Translations under genes and position numbers: made by a program
Shown here: positions 37,056 to 46,997 of the stretch, one piece after another
Layout of the letters: the number at the start of each line of letters is the position of its first letter
How positions within the stretch are numbered: position 1 is the first letter of the stretch
The notes under the pieces: generated by a model
Databases searched by the model: none
What the model was told of the DNA's origin: nothing
What the model saw: only the letters and a program-made list of their open reading frames with translations
Origin: an uncultured Pelagibacteraceae bacterium
GTDB lineage: Bacteria > Pseudomonadota > Alphaproteobacteria > Pelagibacterales > Pelagibacteraceae
Length of the DNA: 64,000 bases
Assembly: GCA_902569285.1 (NCBI GenBank)
Contig: CACFTS010000002.1
Coordinates: forward strand, 9,200-73,199
Reading direction: 5' to 3'

Positions 37056-37082
37056 TTGGCGACTATAATGTATAGTCGCCAA
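37056..37082 (+). promoter_or_regulatory. Perfect 12-bp intercistronic hairpin between the SBP and permease genes
   Basis: TTGGCGACTATA-ATG-TATAGTCGCCAA; ends 5 nt before the permease ATG; no U tract. Confidence 0.75.
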
Positions 37083-37087
37083 TCTGT

Positions 37088-37780
37088 ATGGAACTTCTAG
37101 CATTTGGAGATACTGGTTGGGGTGATGAATTATTTCGTGCTACCCTAATGACTATAGCTGTGTCTATTACAGCGATGATAATTGGTTTTAGTTTTGCTGC
37201 AGTTTTTACTCCACTAAAATTATCTAAGTATAAATCTTTAAATCTAATTGGAAATATTTACACTACTGTTATTAGAGGTGTACCTGAGCTTTTGGTCATT
37301 TATCTTTTCTTTTTTGGAGGGAGTGGAGCTATTATGTTTGTTGCTTCAATCTTTGGTTATAATGAATATATAGAGATTAATGCTTTTATTACGGGATCAT
37401 TTGCAATTGGTATAATCTCAGGAGCCTATTCAACTGAAGTTTTTAGGGGAGCTATCCGGTCTATTGATAAAGGTCAGTTTGAAGCTGCTAAAGTCTTAGG
37501 TTTTAGTAAGTTTAAGCAATTTTATAAAATTACTCTTCCTCAAATGCTGAGACTCGCAATACCAAATTTAAGTAATGTTTGGCAAATTACACTTAAAGAC
37601 ACTTCTTTAATCTCTGTAACAGGTTTGGTTGAAATAATGAGACAATCCTATATTGCAGCTGGATCAACAAGAGATCCATTGTTTTTCTACTCATTTGCTG
37701 CAGTTTTATATTTATTACTAACTTTTTTAAGTATGAAATTAATTAATAAATTAGAAGTCAAATATAGCAGGGGATATTAA
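37088..37780 (+). CDS. Polar amino acid ABC permease (HisQ/OccQ-like)
   Basis: YTTVIRGVPELL, GAYSTEVFRGA, GQFEAA, LKDTSL. Confidence 0.92.
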   Translation: MELLAFGDTGWGDELFRATLMTIAVSITAMIIGFSFAAVFTPLKLSKYKSLNLIGNIYTTVIRGVPELLVIYLFFFGGSGAIMFVASIFGYNEYIEINAFITGSFAIGIISGAYSTEVFRGAIRSIDKGQFEAAKVLGFSKFKQFYKITLPQMLRLAIPNLSNVWQITLKDTSLISVTGLVEIMRQSYIAAGSTRDPLFFYSFAAVLYLLLTFLSMKLINKLEVKYSRGY

Positions 37781-38457
37781 TGGATTTTGAATTAATGGTT
37801 AATAGTTTTCCAAAATTACTTAGTGCTGCTGTAATAACTTTAAAACTTTTATCAGTTTCTCTAATTGTAGGATTATTTATTGGACTAATTTTTGCAATTC
37901 TAAGATTAAATAAAAATATTTTTATAAATAAATTTGCTTACGGATATTCATATGTATTTAGAGGTACTCCACTTCTAGTACAAATATTCATTATTTATTT
38001 TGGTTTAGGTCAAGTTGAATATTTAAGATCAACATTTTTATGGGTGATTTTAAAAGAACCTTATTGGTGCGCAATAATTGCTTTTGCATTAAATACTGGG
38101 GCTTATACATCAGAAATTTTAAGATCAGCATTCCAAACTATAAAACCTGGTATAATTGAAGCTGGCAAAAGTTTAGGAATATCAAACAAAATAATTTTTT
38201 ATAAAATTCAAATACCAATAGCAATTAGACAATCACTTCCAGCTTATGGTAATGAAATTATTTTAATGATGAAAGGGACTTCTTTAGCAAGTACTGTTAC
38301 TTTAATGGATTTAACTGGTGTTGCAAAATATATTATTTCAACAACTTTTAAGCCTATAGAGGTATTTATAGTGGCTGGTGGAATATATCTTTTTATGACC
38401 TTTGTTATTCATAATGTGATTAAATTTTTAGAGAAAAAATATAGTTTTTCTCAATGA
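37780..38457 (+). CDS. Polar amino acid ABC permease (HisM/OccM-like)
   Basis: FRGTPLLVQ, LNTGAYTSEILR, LPAYGNE, KGTSLAST. Confidence 0.92.
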   Translation: MDFELMVNSFPKLLSAAVITLKLLSVSLIVGLFIGLIFAILRLNKNIFINKFAYGYSYVFRGTPLLVQIFIIYFGLGQVEYLRSTFLWVILKEPYWCAIIAFALNTGAYTSEILRSAFQTIKPGIIEAGKSLGISNKIIFYKIQIPIAIRQSLPAYGNEIILMMKGTSLASTVTLMDLTGVAKYIISTTFKPIEVFIVAGGIYLFMTFVIHNVIKFLEKKYSFSQ

Positions 38458-39281
38458 CGGGGTTAACAGAAGAACAATTAAACCATTATAAAAATAAAGG
38501 ATATGTTTCACCTGTTAGTGCTTTGACTTCTATTGAAGCAAAAGAAATAAGAGATGAAATAGAAAAAATTGAAAAAGATTGGCCAGGAGCGTTAGAAGGA
38601 ATTAATCGTAATTATATTCATTTAATTTCACCTATATTTAATAAAGTCTGTTTAAATAAGAATATCCTAGATGCTGTAGAAAGTATAATTGGTAAGAATA
38701 TTCTAATTTGTGGTACTACACTTTTTATAAAAAATCCTAATGAAAGAGGTTTTGTTAGTTTTCATCAAGACGCAAAATATATAGGTTTAGAACCTCATAA
38801 CTGGGTTACGGTTTGGGTAGCAGTTACAGATGCAAATGAAAAAAATGGGTGCATGAGAATGCTTCCAGGTTCACATAAAGAAGATTTAAAGACTCATAAA
38901 CAAAAATTTGATGAAAATAATTTATTAACTCGTGGTCAAACAATTACAAATGTCCAATTAGATAGAACAGATCCCATAATTCTGAAAGCAGGACAAGTGT
39001 CTTTACATCATCCAAAAATTGTTCATGGATCAGGATTAAATCAAAGTAATGATAGAAGAATAGGATTTGTTATTCAAAGTTACATAGGAACTAATGTTAA
39101 TCAAGTTATTGGAAAAATGTATGTTCAAATTGCACGAGGAGAAGATAAATATAAATATCACGAGTATTCTCAAACACCATTTGAGTTAATGGGAAAAAAT
39201 GAAGTTACTTCTCAAAATAAAGCTAATGAAGAGCTATCGAAGATTTTTTATAGTGGCTCAAAAAAAATTGGAAAATTTTAA
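38454..39281 (+). CDS. PhyH-family Fe(II)/2-oxoglutarate dioxygenase
   Basis: FHQD (HxD), VWVAVTDANEKNGCMRMLPGSH, VHGSGLN..RR. Confidence 0.88.
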   Translation: MTGLTEEQLNHYKNKGYVSPVSALTSIEAKEIRDEIEKIEKDWPGALEGINRNYIHLISPIFNKVCLNKNILDAVESIIGKNILICGTTLFIKNPNERGFVSFHQDAKYIGLEPHNWVTVWVAVTDANEKNGCMRMLPGSHKEDLKTHKQKFDENNLLTRGQTITNVQLDRTDPIILKAGQVSLHHPKIVHGSGLNQSNDRRIGFVIQSYIGTNVNQVIGKMYVQIARGEDKYKYHEYSQTPFELMGKNEVTSQNKANEELSKIFYSGSKKIGKF

Positions 39282-40429
39282 AGAATAACAAGATCTAATT
39301 TTTGTTTTCCAAGTCTCTCATTTCCGTTTTCAGTTACTAAGTAAGTTTCACCTAAATTCATGGCTAATTCATTGTCTGAATCCATAAGTATCATGTGTAT
39401 GAAAAAAACATTACCTGGTTGGATAACGTACGGATTGCCCGTGTAAAGCATTGGCCAGTCCATCCAATTCGGTGAAAAAGTTGATCCCAATGAATAACCA
39501 CAAGCATTCATTCTTGATTTGTTATATCCAAGATCATCAAATGTTTTTGCATGTATATCAAAAACTTTTCCAACTTTATTACCTGGTTTCAACTTATTTT
39601 CACAATTTGTTAAAGCCTGAACACAAGCTTCGTGCATTTTAATATGTTTTGGATCAGCTTTTCCTATGGGAATAGTTCTAAACATTGCTGAATGATAATG
39701 TTTGTAAGTACCAGCCCATTCAATACTTAATTGATCTTGATTTGATAAATTTCTTTTCTCTGCTTGGTATCTACATAAAAGAGCGTTGTGTCCTGATCCA
39801 ATAATATATTCATTAGCCGGGTAGTCTCCTCCACCTTCTAAAACTGCTTTTTGCATCTCAGCTAAAATTTTTGCTTCACTAGCACCAGCTTTAGTATGTT
39901 TCCAAGCTTGGTCTAAAGCGTTATCTGCTAGCTCAGCTGCTTTTTTTACATAAATAATTTCTTCTTGAGATTTAATAACTCTGAGTTTTGTTATCAATTC
40001 AGATTGATCTTCAACATTACAATAATTTTCTAAAGATTTATTTAATCTTAAAGCATTTCGTCCAGTCATGCCGTAAGCTTCATATTCAATACCTACGTTT
40101 TTTCCTTTTAAAGAAAGTTCATCTAAAATTATTTTAAGATCATCAGTTGGATTTGAACCATCTTTATCAACCCAAATTCTAATATCTTCAATGTTCGATG
40201 TGTTTTGTGCTTGTCGTAAATCAGGAGCTCTAGTTAAAAGAATTACGTTTCCATTTTTATCTAAAATTAGTGTTTGAAAAAAAACATAACCAAATGTGTC
40301 ATAACCAGTCAGCCAATACATAGACTCTTGTCTGAACATCAATAAGGCATCAATGTTTTTTTCTGTCATTGATTTTAAAACTTTAGTTTTTCTTTGTGAA
40401 AATTCTTCTTTTGAAAAATGAAGTGCCAT
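39278..40429 (-). CDS. M24 / creatinase-like hydrolase (EutD/DoeA-like, canonical metal ligands altered)
   Basis: Creatinase N-domain (YWLTGYD), LRVIKSQEEI, EWAGTYKHYHSAMFRT, CGYSLG, GETYLVT. Confidence 0.82.
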   Translation of the reverse strand: MALHFSKEEFSQRKTKVLKSMTEKNIDALLMFRQESMYWLTGYDTFGYVFFQTLILDKNGNVILLTRAPDLRQAQNTSNIEDIRIWVDKDGSNPTDDLKIILDELSLKGKNVGIEYEAYGMTGRNALRLNKSLENYCNVEDQSELITKLRVIKSQEEIIYVKKAAELADNALDQAWKHTKAGASEAKILAEMQKAVLEGGGDYPANEYIIGSGHNALLCRYQAEKRNLSNQDQLSIEWAGTYKHYHSAMFRTIPIGKADPKHIKMHEACVQALTNCENKLKPGNKVGKVFDIHAKTFDDLGYNKSRMNACGYSLGSTFSPNWMDWPMLYTGNPYVIQPGNVFFIHMILMDSDNELAMNLGETYLVTENGNERLGKQKLDLVIL

Positions 40430-40437
40430 TAATTGAA

Positions 40438-40827
40438 CTAATAACTTGTGTATTCTTTTATTTCTTTAATTGCAGATCCAGTATGATGATTGATTTCTAA
40501 CTTAATTTTAGCTCGATCGTCATTTAAAAAGTGTACATCTCTTGAAAGTTTAATAAATTTTTCTCCAAAATCTTTATCTTTTTCACACTGTCTTTTATCG
40601 TCCTCAATTATCCAAAGCTTAGCATTTATTTCTTTTAGAGAATGATAAAGATTATTAAGTTTATCGTCAGATTTTACGTTTTTTTCTAACTGATCCTTTA
40701 AAATAGAATGTTCATTATTAATAAATTTTAATTTTTCAGGATCTTTTATTTTTTCTTGTTTAATCTCTAAAATCGAAATTTTATCTAAAAGTTCTCCAGT
40801 TGAAACTTCTACTATAATTTTATTCAT
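40438..40827 (-). CDS. DUF6165-like conserved hypothetical protein
   Basis: VSTGELLDKISILEIK..INAKLWIIEDDKR..NDDRAKIKLEIN..EIKEY. Confidence 0.75.
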   Translation of the reverse strand: MNKIIVEVSTGELLDKISILEIKQEKIKDPEKLKFINNEHSILKDQLEKNVKSDDKLNNLYHSLKEINAKLWIIEDDKRQCEKDKDFGEKFIKLSRDVHFLNDDRAKIKLEINHHTGSAIKEIKEYTSY

Positions 40828-40859
40828 AAAATTTAATACTGTGTTATCTTGTTATAAAT

Positions 40860-41801
40860 ATGTCTAATATTTTAATTATTAAACACGGATCATTAGGAGA
40901 TATAGCTCAAGCAAGTGGGGCAATTCAAGACATATCTGAAAATCATAAAAATGATCGAATTTATTTACTTACAACAAAACCTTATTTTGAATTATTTAAG
41001 AAAAATCCATTTATCCATGAAGTTATTTTAGACAAAAGACTACCTAAATATAACTTAGTTTATTTATATTTTTTAATGAGAGAACTCAAAAAACATAAAT
41101 TCTCAAGAGTTTTTGACCTTCAAAATTCCTCAAGAACAAATTTTTATAAAAATATTCTTTTTCCAAAAGCAAGTTATGAAAGTTGGTCAAGTTCACACAC
41201 AACGTTACCAAAAGATAAAAATAAAGATGAATTTGATAAATATTCCGTTCTTGAAAGATTTGATCATCAATTAAAAACTTCTGGATTAAATACTTCAAAT
41301 ACTCTGAAACCTAATTTTAGTTGGGCTTCTTCTGATATCAGTGAAATTAAAAACCAATATGGTTTAAAAAAATATATTTTATTATTTCCATTTTGTTCTC
41401 CACATCTAACTATTAAAAAATGGCCTTTTTATAATGATTTGATTAAACTTGTTTTAAATAAGTTTGGTGAAGAATACAAAATTGTTACAGCCCCTGGACC
41501 TGATGAAATAAAAGATGCAAAAGAAATTAATGGATTAGCACTACTCGATAATGGAAGATCTTTAGATATTTCTCAATTAACTTCATTAATAAAAGATAGC
41601 TCTTTTGTTGTAGCTAATGACACGGGGCCAGCACATATAGCAGCTCATGTGGATGCCAAAGGTTTAACTTTATTTGGAAAACACACTACAGCTTACAAAG
41701 TAAGTATTGAAAGAGAAAATTTTAAAGCAATACAAGTTAGTGATTTAAACAATTTAAGTGCTGATAAAGTTTTTGAAAGATTAACTAATTCTTTATCTTA
41801 G
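40860..41801 (+). CDS. Glycosyltransferase family 9 (LPS heptosyltransferase-like)
   Basis: ILIIKHGSLGDI, VFDLQ, KKWP, VANDTGPAHIAA. Confidence 0.9.
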   Translation: MSNILIIKHGSLGDIAQASGAIQDISENHKNDRIYLLTTKPYFELFKKNPFIHEVILDKRLPKYNLVYLYFLMRELKKHKFSRVFDLQNSSRTNFYKNILFPKASYESWSSSHTTLPKDKNKDEFDKYSVLERFDHQLKTSGLNTSNTLKPNFSWASSDISEIKNQYGLKKYILLFPFCSPHLTIKKWPFYNDLIKLVLNKFGEEYKIVTAPGPDEIKDAKEINGLALLDNGRSLDISQLTSLIKDSSFVVANDTGPAHIAAHVDAKGLTLFGKHTTAYKVSIERENFKAIQVSDLNNLSADKVFERLTNSLS

Positions 41802-42864
41802 TTTTTTCAATTAGCCTTAGAATCATAGGTACAATAAATAATATAAATAATAATCTAATTATATGATGAAAAGCAACAAAGTCTGGCTCTAAATCATATG
41901 CAATAGCTATTACTGCTACTTCATAAATACCACCAGGACAAAAAGATAAAATTAAAGTTAAAAAATTATTATCTACAAAAAAAGTTGCAATAAAAGCAGC
42001 AATTAAACCTAATAAAACCAAAAGTATAGTTGCAACTAAACCATGAAATGAATTATTAGCAACTTCTTTAACAGTTTTATTTGCAAATCTACATCCAACA
42101 GAAGCTCCCAATATTAATAAACAAAAATTAATTGATGCATCTGGTAATTTGTAAGAAGCAATATCAAAAATTTGTAAAACACCACTTGCTACCAATGTTC
42201 CTGACAATAGTGCGGCTGGAACTTTAGCTTTATCAAAAAAGAAAATGAAAATTAATGAAGCTATAATTAATAAAACTAAATCCCAATGATTTTGAGACAT
42301 ATAGTCAAATTTTTGTAGCTCCAAAGAGTCTGATGTTGAAAGATTAACAATAATAAAAGGAAAGATTGTAATTATTATTATCAATCTAATTAAATGTGCT
42401 GTAGCGACCTGTGATAAATCAGATTTTTCATATTCAGCTAAAATCATTAAAGGACCCAAAGCACCTGGAGCAGCAGAAAAGATTGAAGTCTTTTCTTTAT
42501 AACCTGAAAATTTTTGTAAATACTTTGAAACAATTACAATACTAACAATAATATATCCCAACATAATGATTGTAGTCCAAATCCAATTAACCATTTGATT
42601 TAGAAGGTTTTGATCTATGTAGTTCCCAATGTGTAATCCTAAGATGATTAATATTGAGCTGAGAGCTAGTTTTGGCATAAAAATTTTAAAACCATTTAAT
42701 GCTGCAATAGAAACTACAATCATAGGACCTATCATCCAAGCTAAAGGAATATTGAAAAGATCAGCAAGAAGAGCACTTGGTATTGAAATAATGATGACAA
42801 GTAAAAATTTTTTAGAGAAAAGTTTTCTTATATTTTCTAGACTCAGTGGAATCGCGTGCTGCAT
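41785..42864 (-). CDS. AbrB-family membrane protein (duplicated membrane domain)
   Basis: PLAWMIGPM, SAAPGALG, HLIRL, PAALLSG, PGGIYE, HHIIRL; commonly found next to tct genes. Confidence 0.85.
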   Translation of the reverse strand: MQHAIPLSLENIRKLFSKKFLLVIIISIPSALLADLFNIPLAWMIGPMIVVSIAALNGFKIFMPKLALSSILIILGLHIGNYIDQNLLNQMVNWIWTTIIMLGYIIVSIVIVSKYLQKFSGYKEKTSIFSAAPGALGPLMILAEYEKSDLSQVATAHLIRLIIIITIFPFIIVNLSTSDSLELQKFDYMSQNHWDLVLLIIASLIFIFFFDKAKVPAALLSGTLVASGVLQIFDIASYKLPDASINFCLLILGASVGCRFANKTVKEVANNSFHGLVATILLVLLGLIAAFIATFFVDNNFLTLILSFCPGGIYEVAVIAIAYDLEPDFVAFHHIIRLLFILFIVPMILRLIEKTKIKN

Positions 42865-42882
42865 GTATTCTATTAATGGTTG

Positions 42883-42911
42883 TTGACTACATTATAAAAA
42901 ATATGTTTAAT
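42883..42911 (+). promoter_or_regulatory. Candidate sigma70 promoter for tctC
   Basis: TTGACT-17 nt-TTTAAT, followed by SD GAGAGG before ATG 42944. Confidence 0.45.
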
Positions 42912-42943
42912 CAACTTATTAACTATAACAATGAGAGGAAATA

Positions 42944-43924
42944 ATGAAACTAATTAAATCTTTTTTTTCAGTTTTGTTTTCAGCTGCTCTTTTACTTTCA
43001 GCAACAACGACTAGTTCAATTGCAATTGATAAATTGCACTTTGTAATCGGTGGTGGTGCTGGTGGTGGTTGGGATGGAACAGCCAGAGGTACTGGAGAAG
43101 CTTTAACAAAAGCTGGATTTTTAAAAAGTGCATCATTTGAAAATATGTCAGGTGGTGGTGGAGGTAAAGCACTTGCTTTTATGATTAATACTAAACCTGA
43201 AAATACAGTTTTAGTACAATCAACACCACTAGTTTTAAGATCAATTACTAGACATAAAGGATATGTAAGTGGAAATGGAACTTTATCTTATAAAGATGTT
43301 GTGCCAATCGCTGGAGTAATAGGTGATTATGGTGCAATTGCTGTAGCAAAAGACTCACCATTTAAAAACTTTAAAGATGTTGTGGATGCATACAATGCTA
43401 ATCCAAGTTCAGTTAAAATGGCAGGTGGTTCTGTTAGAGGAAGCATGGACCATTTGATTGGAGCTTTAGCATTTCAAGCTGCTGGAGCAAATCCTAACGA
43501 TGTGATCTATGTTCCTTATGATGCAGGTGGTAAAGCATTAGCTGGACTTTTATCTGGAGAAACTCAAATTATTTCAACAGGTTTAGGTGAACTTATGGGA
43601 GCAAGAGACCAAGTAAGAATTATTGGTATTACTGCACCCGAAAGAGTTTCTGACGCACCAGATGCACCAACGCTTAAAGAACAAGGATACGATGTACAGT
43701 TCGTTAACTGGAGAGGATTTTTTGGTCCTCCAGGCATGAGCAATAAAGACAAAAAAGCAATTGCTAAAATGCTAGGCGATGTACAAAAAACTCCTGAATG
43801 GGAAACTGTTAGAGCAAGAAATGCTTGGGTGAATATTTATAACCCAGACAAAAAGTTTGTAAAATTTTTAAAAGCTCAAACTAAAGAAATGACAGCTCTT
43901 ATGAAAAAATTAGGAGTTATTTAA
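42944..43924 (+). CDS. tctC: Tripartite tricarboxylate transporter substrate-binding protein
   Basis: Signal peptide; GGGAGGGWDGTAR, ENMSGGGG, GGSVRGSMDH, PTLKEQG, NWRGFFGPPG. Confidence 0.93.
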   Translation: MKLIKSFFSVLFSAALLLSATTTSSIAIDKLHFVIGGGAGGGWDGTARGTGEALTKAGFLKSASFENMSGGGGGKALAFMINTKPENTVLVQSTPLVLRSITRHKGYVSGNGTLSYKDVVPIAGVIGDYGAIAVAKDSPFKNFKDVVDAYNANPSSVKMAGGSVRGSMDHLIGALAFQAAGANPNDVIYVPYDAGGKALAGLLSGETQIISTGLGELMGARDQVRIIGITAPERVSDAPDAPTLKEQGYDVQFVNWRGFFGPPGMSNKDKKAIAKMLGDVQKTPEWETVRARNAWVNIYNPDKKFVKFLKAQTKEMTALMKKLGVI

Positions 43925-43952
43925 TCCTTCGGGTTAATTAATTTAAAGAGCA

Positions 43953-44420
43953 GTGAATATAAATACTACAAAAATTATATCACTGCTCTTTTTTATTTTT
44001 TCAGCATTTTATTTATATACCGCTTACCAGATTCAAGTTTTTTCATTTGACGAAAATGCACCTTTTAATGCTAGGACTTTTCCTATTTATTTGGGTTATA
44101 CAGGACTGTTTTTTTCTGGATTAAAGATTCTTTTACCAGAACCTAATACTATTAAAATTGATCACAAAAATTTAGAATATAAAAAGACAGCAATACTAGT
44201 TATTATAGCTTTTATTTATGGTGCTTTGATATTAAAAGTTGGATATTTTTTAACCACATCATTATTTTTAGCTTCATCATATTATTTTTTAGGAGAGAGA
44301 AGATGGCTTCTAATCTTTTTACTATCATTTCCATTTGTTGCAGCGTTTATGTATCTTTTACATGGAGTACTTGACATTTATTTAAGAGATCCATTTTTAA
44401 AATTAATTGGAGTTATGTGA
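43953..44420 (+). CDS. tctB: Tripartite tricarboxylate transporter small subunit
   Basis: 4 TM; ARTFP, VGYFLTT..LGERRW; lies between tctC and tctA. Confidence 0.88.
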   Translation: MNINTTKIISLLFFIFSAFYLYTAYQIQVFSFDENAPFNARTFPIYLGYTGLFFSGLKILLPEPNTIKIDHKNLEYKKTAILVIIAFIYGALILKVGYFLTTSLFLASSYYFLGERRWLLIFLLSFPFVAAFMYLLHGVLDIYLRDPFLKLIGVM

Positions 44421-45913
44421 TGATAGAGGGAATTTTAATTGGTTTAAAAACTGCACTAACTTTTCAAAATATATTGATGGTAATGATTGGTTGTTTTTTT
44501 GGAACAATTATTGGAATGCTACCTGGTCTTGGACCAATGACAGCTATTGCATTAATGATACCAATTACATATGGATTTGACCCAGCAACTGGATTAATTT
44601 TAATGGCAGGTGTTTATTATGGCGCAGTATTTGGTGGTTCAACTTCATCAATATTATTAAATGCACCTGGTGTACCTGGAACTGTTGCCACTTCATTTGA
44701 CGGATATCCTATGGCACAACAAGGAAAAGCTGGGAAGGCATTAGCTATAGCTGCATGGAGCTCTTTTGCAGGAGGAACTCTTGCTGCAATATATTTGTTA
44801 TTTATGGCTCCAAGTTTATCTAAAGTAAGTTTATCGTTTAGATCTCCAGATTACTTTGCATTAATGATTTTAGGTTTAACTGCAATTGCAGCTTTTTCAT
44901 CTAAAGGACAGTTTTTAAAAGCAATGATGATGGTTGTTTTAGGTTTAATGTTAGCTTCAGTTGGTCAAGATTCTTTATCAGATATTACAAGATTTACATT
45001 TAATAACATGAATTTAACCGATGGAATTAGTTTTGTTTTAGTTGTAATGGCAACTTTTGCTATGAGTGAGGCGTTAACAATTATTTTAAAAAGAAATGAT
45101 CCAACTGCAGCAGCTAAGCAGGTTTCTTTAACAGAACTTGGCTCTATTAGGATTAATAAAGAAGAAAGAAGTAAAATGTTAAAAACCATTCCTCGTAATT
45201 CGATTATGGGTTTTTTTATTGGTGTTTTACCAGGCGCTGGTGCAACTATTGCATCATTCTTAGCATATGGAATGGAAAGAAATTTTGTCAATGATGAAGA
45301 AAAACAAAAATTTGGAAAAGGAAGTGTTCATGGTTTAGCTGCTCCTGAAACAGCTAATAATGCTGCATGTTCTGGAGCTTTCGTACCTTTGTTAACTTTA
45401 GGAATACCAGGAAGTGGAACAACTGCAGTTATGCTTGGTGCTTTATTAGGATTTGGAATACAACCTGGGCCAAGGCTTTATATAACTAACCCAGAAATTT
45501 TTTGGTCAGTTATAATGTCGATGTATATTGGAATGGTAATATTACTTATACTAAATTTGCCATTAATCCCTTATATAGCCAGAATACTCGCTGTACCTAA
45601 AAACTATTTAATTCCACTTATTTTATTTTTTTCTATTACAGGAATCTACGTAATGTCATTTAATAATTTTGATATTTATTTAATGATAGGAATTGCTGTT
45701 GTAGCAACTTTTATGAGGCTATATGATTTTCCGATGCCGCCACTTATTCTTGCTTTTGTTTTAGGAGGATTAATGGAAGAAAATTTAAGAAGATCATTGT
45801 TAATTAGCGATGGTTCTTTTGATTTTTTATGGGGCAGACCTTTAACTTTAATAATATTATTGTTTACAATTTCAATAATAGGTTGGCAAATTTATAAAAG
45901 TTTTAAAAAATAA
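44417..45913 (+). CDS. tctA: Tripartite tricarboxylate transporter large subunit
   Basis: GMLPGLG, YYGAVFGGS, FDGYPMA, GVLPGAGAT, APETANNA, LTLGIPG. Confidence 0.96.
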   Translation: MMIEGILIGLKTALTFQNILMVMIGCFFGTIIGMLPGLGPMTAIALMIPITYGFDPATGLILMAGVYYGAVFGGSTSSILLNAPGVPGTVATSFDGYPMAQQGKAGKALAIAAWSSFAGGTLAAIYLLFMAPSLSKVSLSFRSPDYFALMILGLTAIAAFSSKGQFLKAMMMVVLGLMLASVGQDSLSDITRFTFNNMNLTDGISFVLVVMATFAMSEALTIILKRNDPTAAAKQVSLTELGSIRINKEERSKMLKTIPRNSIMGFFIGVLPGAGATIASFLAYGMERNFVNDEEKQKFGKGSVHGLAAPETANNAACSGAFVPLLTLGIPGSGTTAVMLGALLGFGIQPGPRLYITNPEIFWSVIMSMYIGMVILLILNLPLIPYIARILAVPKNYLIPLILFFSITGIYVMSFNNFDIYLMIGIAVVATFMRLYDFPMPPLILAFVLGGLMEENLRRSLLISDGSFDFLWGRPLTLIILLFTISIIGWQIYKSFKK

Positions 45914-45917
45914 TTAA

Positions 45918-46997
45918 CTATAAGATTCCCTTATATTTTTCAATTATCTTATTCCAATGAAAATTTTGTGAATTTATTTTTGCAGCTTTACCATATTCAA
46001 TATATTTCTTATCTTTTAGTAAATTTTCTATACTGGAATAAACATCATCAAGTTCATTTCCATCACATATTAATCCAGTTTTTTCATGAACGATTACATC
46101 TGAAGCTCCACCATCTTCTCCACCAAGAGAGGGAATACCATATTGAGCAGCTTCGATATAAGCTATTCCAAATCCTTCAACTGAAGTTTTATGGATGATT
46201 GAAGGCATAACAAAAATATTTGATTTAGCTATCAAGGCATTTTTTAAATCATTACTAATATCTTTGAAAAACATCACTTGCGCACTTAAATCAAGTTCTT
46301 GAACTAATTTTTTAAGATTTTCTTCCTCGTCACCATAACCAATACATATGTAGACAATATCAGGATGTTGTTGTTTTAAATTTCTTAGTGCCATTATTAT
46401 TTTTTCATGATTTTTTCTTTTATCAAATCTAGAAACAGTAATTAATCTTGGAGTTTTTACTTTGAGTAAACTTTCAACTTTTTCAAGCGCTTTTTTATTT
46501 AATTCTTGAACAGGATCAACACCAGGGTTTATAACTATTATTTTATCATAAGCTACACCATTATCTATTGCCAATTTTTTAGTATATTCAGAATTAGCAA
46601 TTACTTGATCTATATTATTTAAAACTTTGATAATTCTTTTATTTAATAAGCTTCCTTTAGGATGATTAATTTCTTTTCCATGAATTAAACAATATTTTTT
46701 CTTATCCGTTTTAATTAATTCTAAACTTTTCCAATGATCAGCTATAATTCCCTGCACTTTATTTTCTTTTAAAAATTCATTAACTAGTTGAGCTTTTCTT
46801 ATTTTTCTAAGGAATTTAATTCCACCAACTCTTTCAATTGAAAAATTTACTTTACCATCAAATTCTTTATGATTTTCTTGATAATCAGCAAAAACTTTAA
46901 TCATAAAGTTTTTGGACATCTCTTTACTTAGACCCCATATTAGACTTTGCATACCACCCAATTCTGGTGGAAAGGATCGAGTTACAATTAGATACAT
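45918..46997 (-). CDS. Glycosyltransferase family 4
   Basis: FPPELGGMQ, HGKE, VSRFDKRKN, FVMPS..EGFGIAYIEAA. Confidence 0.92.
   Translation of the reverse strand: MYLIVTRSFPPELGGMQSLIWGLSKEMSKNFMIKVFADYQENHKEFDGKVNFSIERVGGIKFLRKIRKAQLVNEFLKENKVQGIIADHWKSLELIKTDKKKYCLIHGKEINHPKGSLLNKRIIKVLNNIDQVIANSEYTKKLAIDNGVAYDKIIVINPGVDPVQELNKKALEKVESLLKVKTPRLITVSRFDKRKNHEKIIMALRNLKQQHPDIVYICIGYGDEEENLKKLVQELDLSAQVMFFKDISNDLKNALIAKSNIFVMPSIIHKTSVEGFGIAYIEAAQYGIPSLGGEDGGASDVIVHEKTGLICDGNELDDVYSSIENLLKDKKYIEYGKAAKINSQNFHWNKIIEKYKGIL

Noticed and set aside
42907-42923. CtrA box upstream of tctC
   Set aside because: The TTAA halves are 8 nt apart rather than 7, and TTAA is ubiquitous in this AT-rich DNA.
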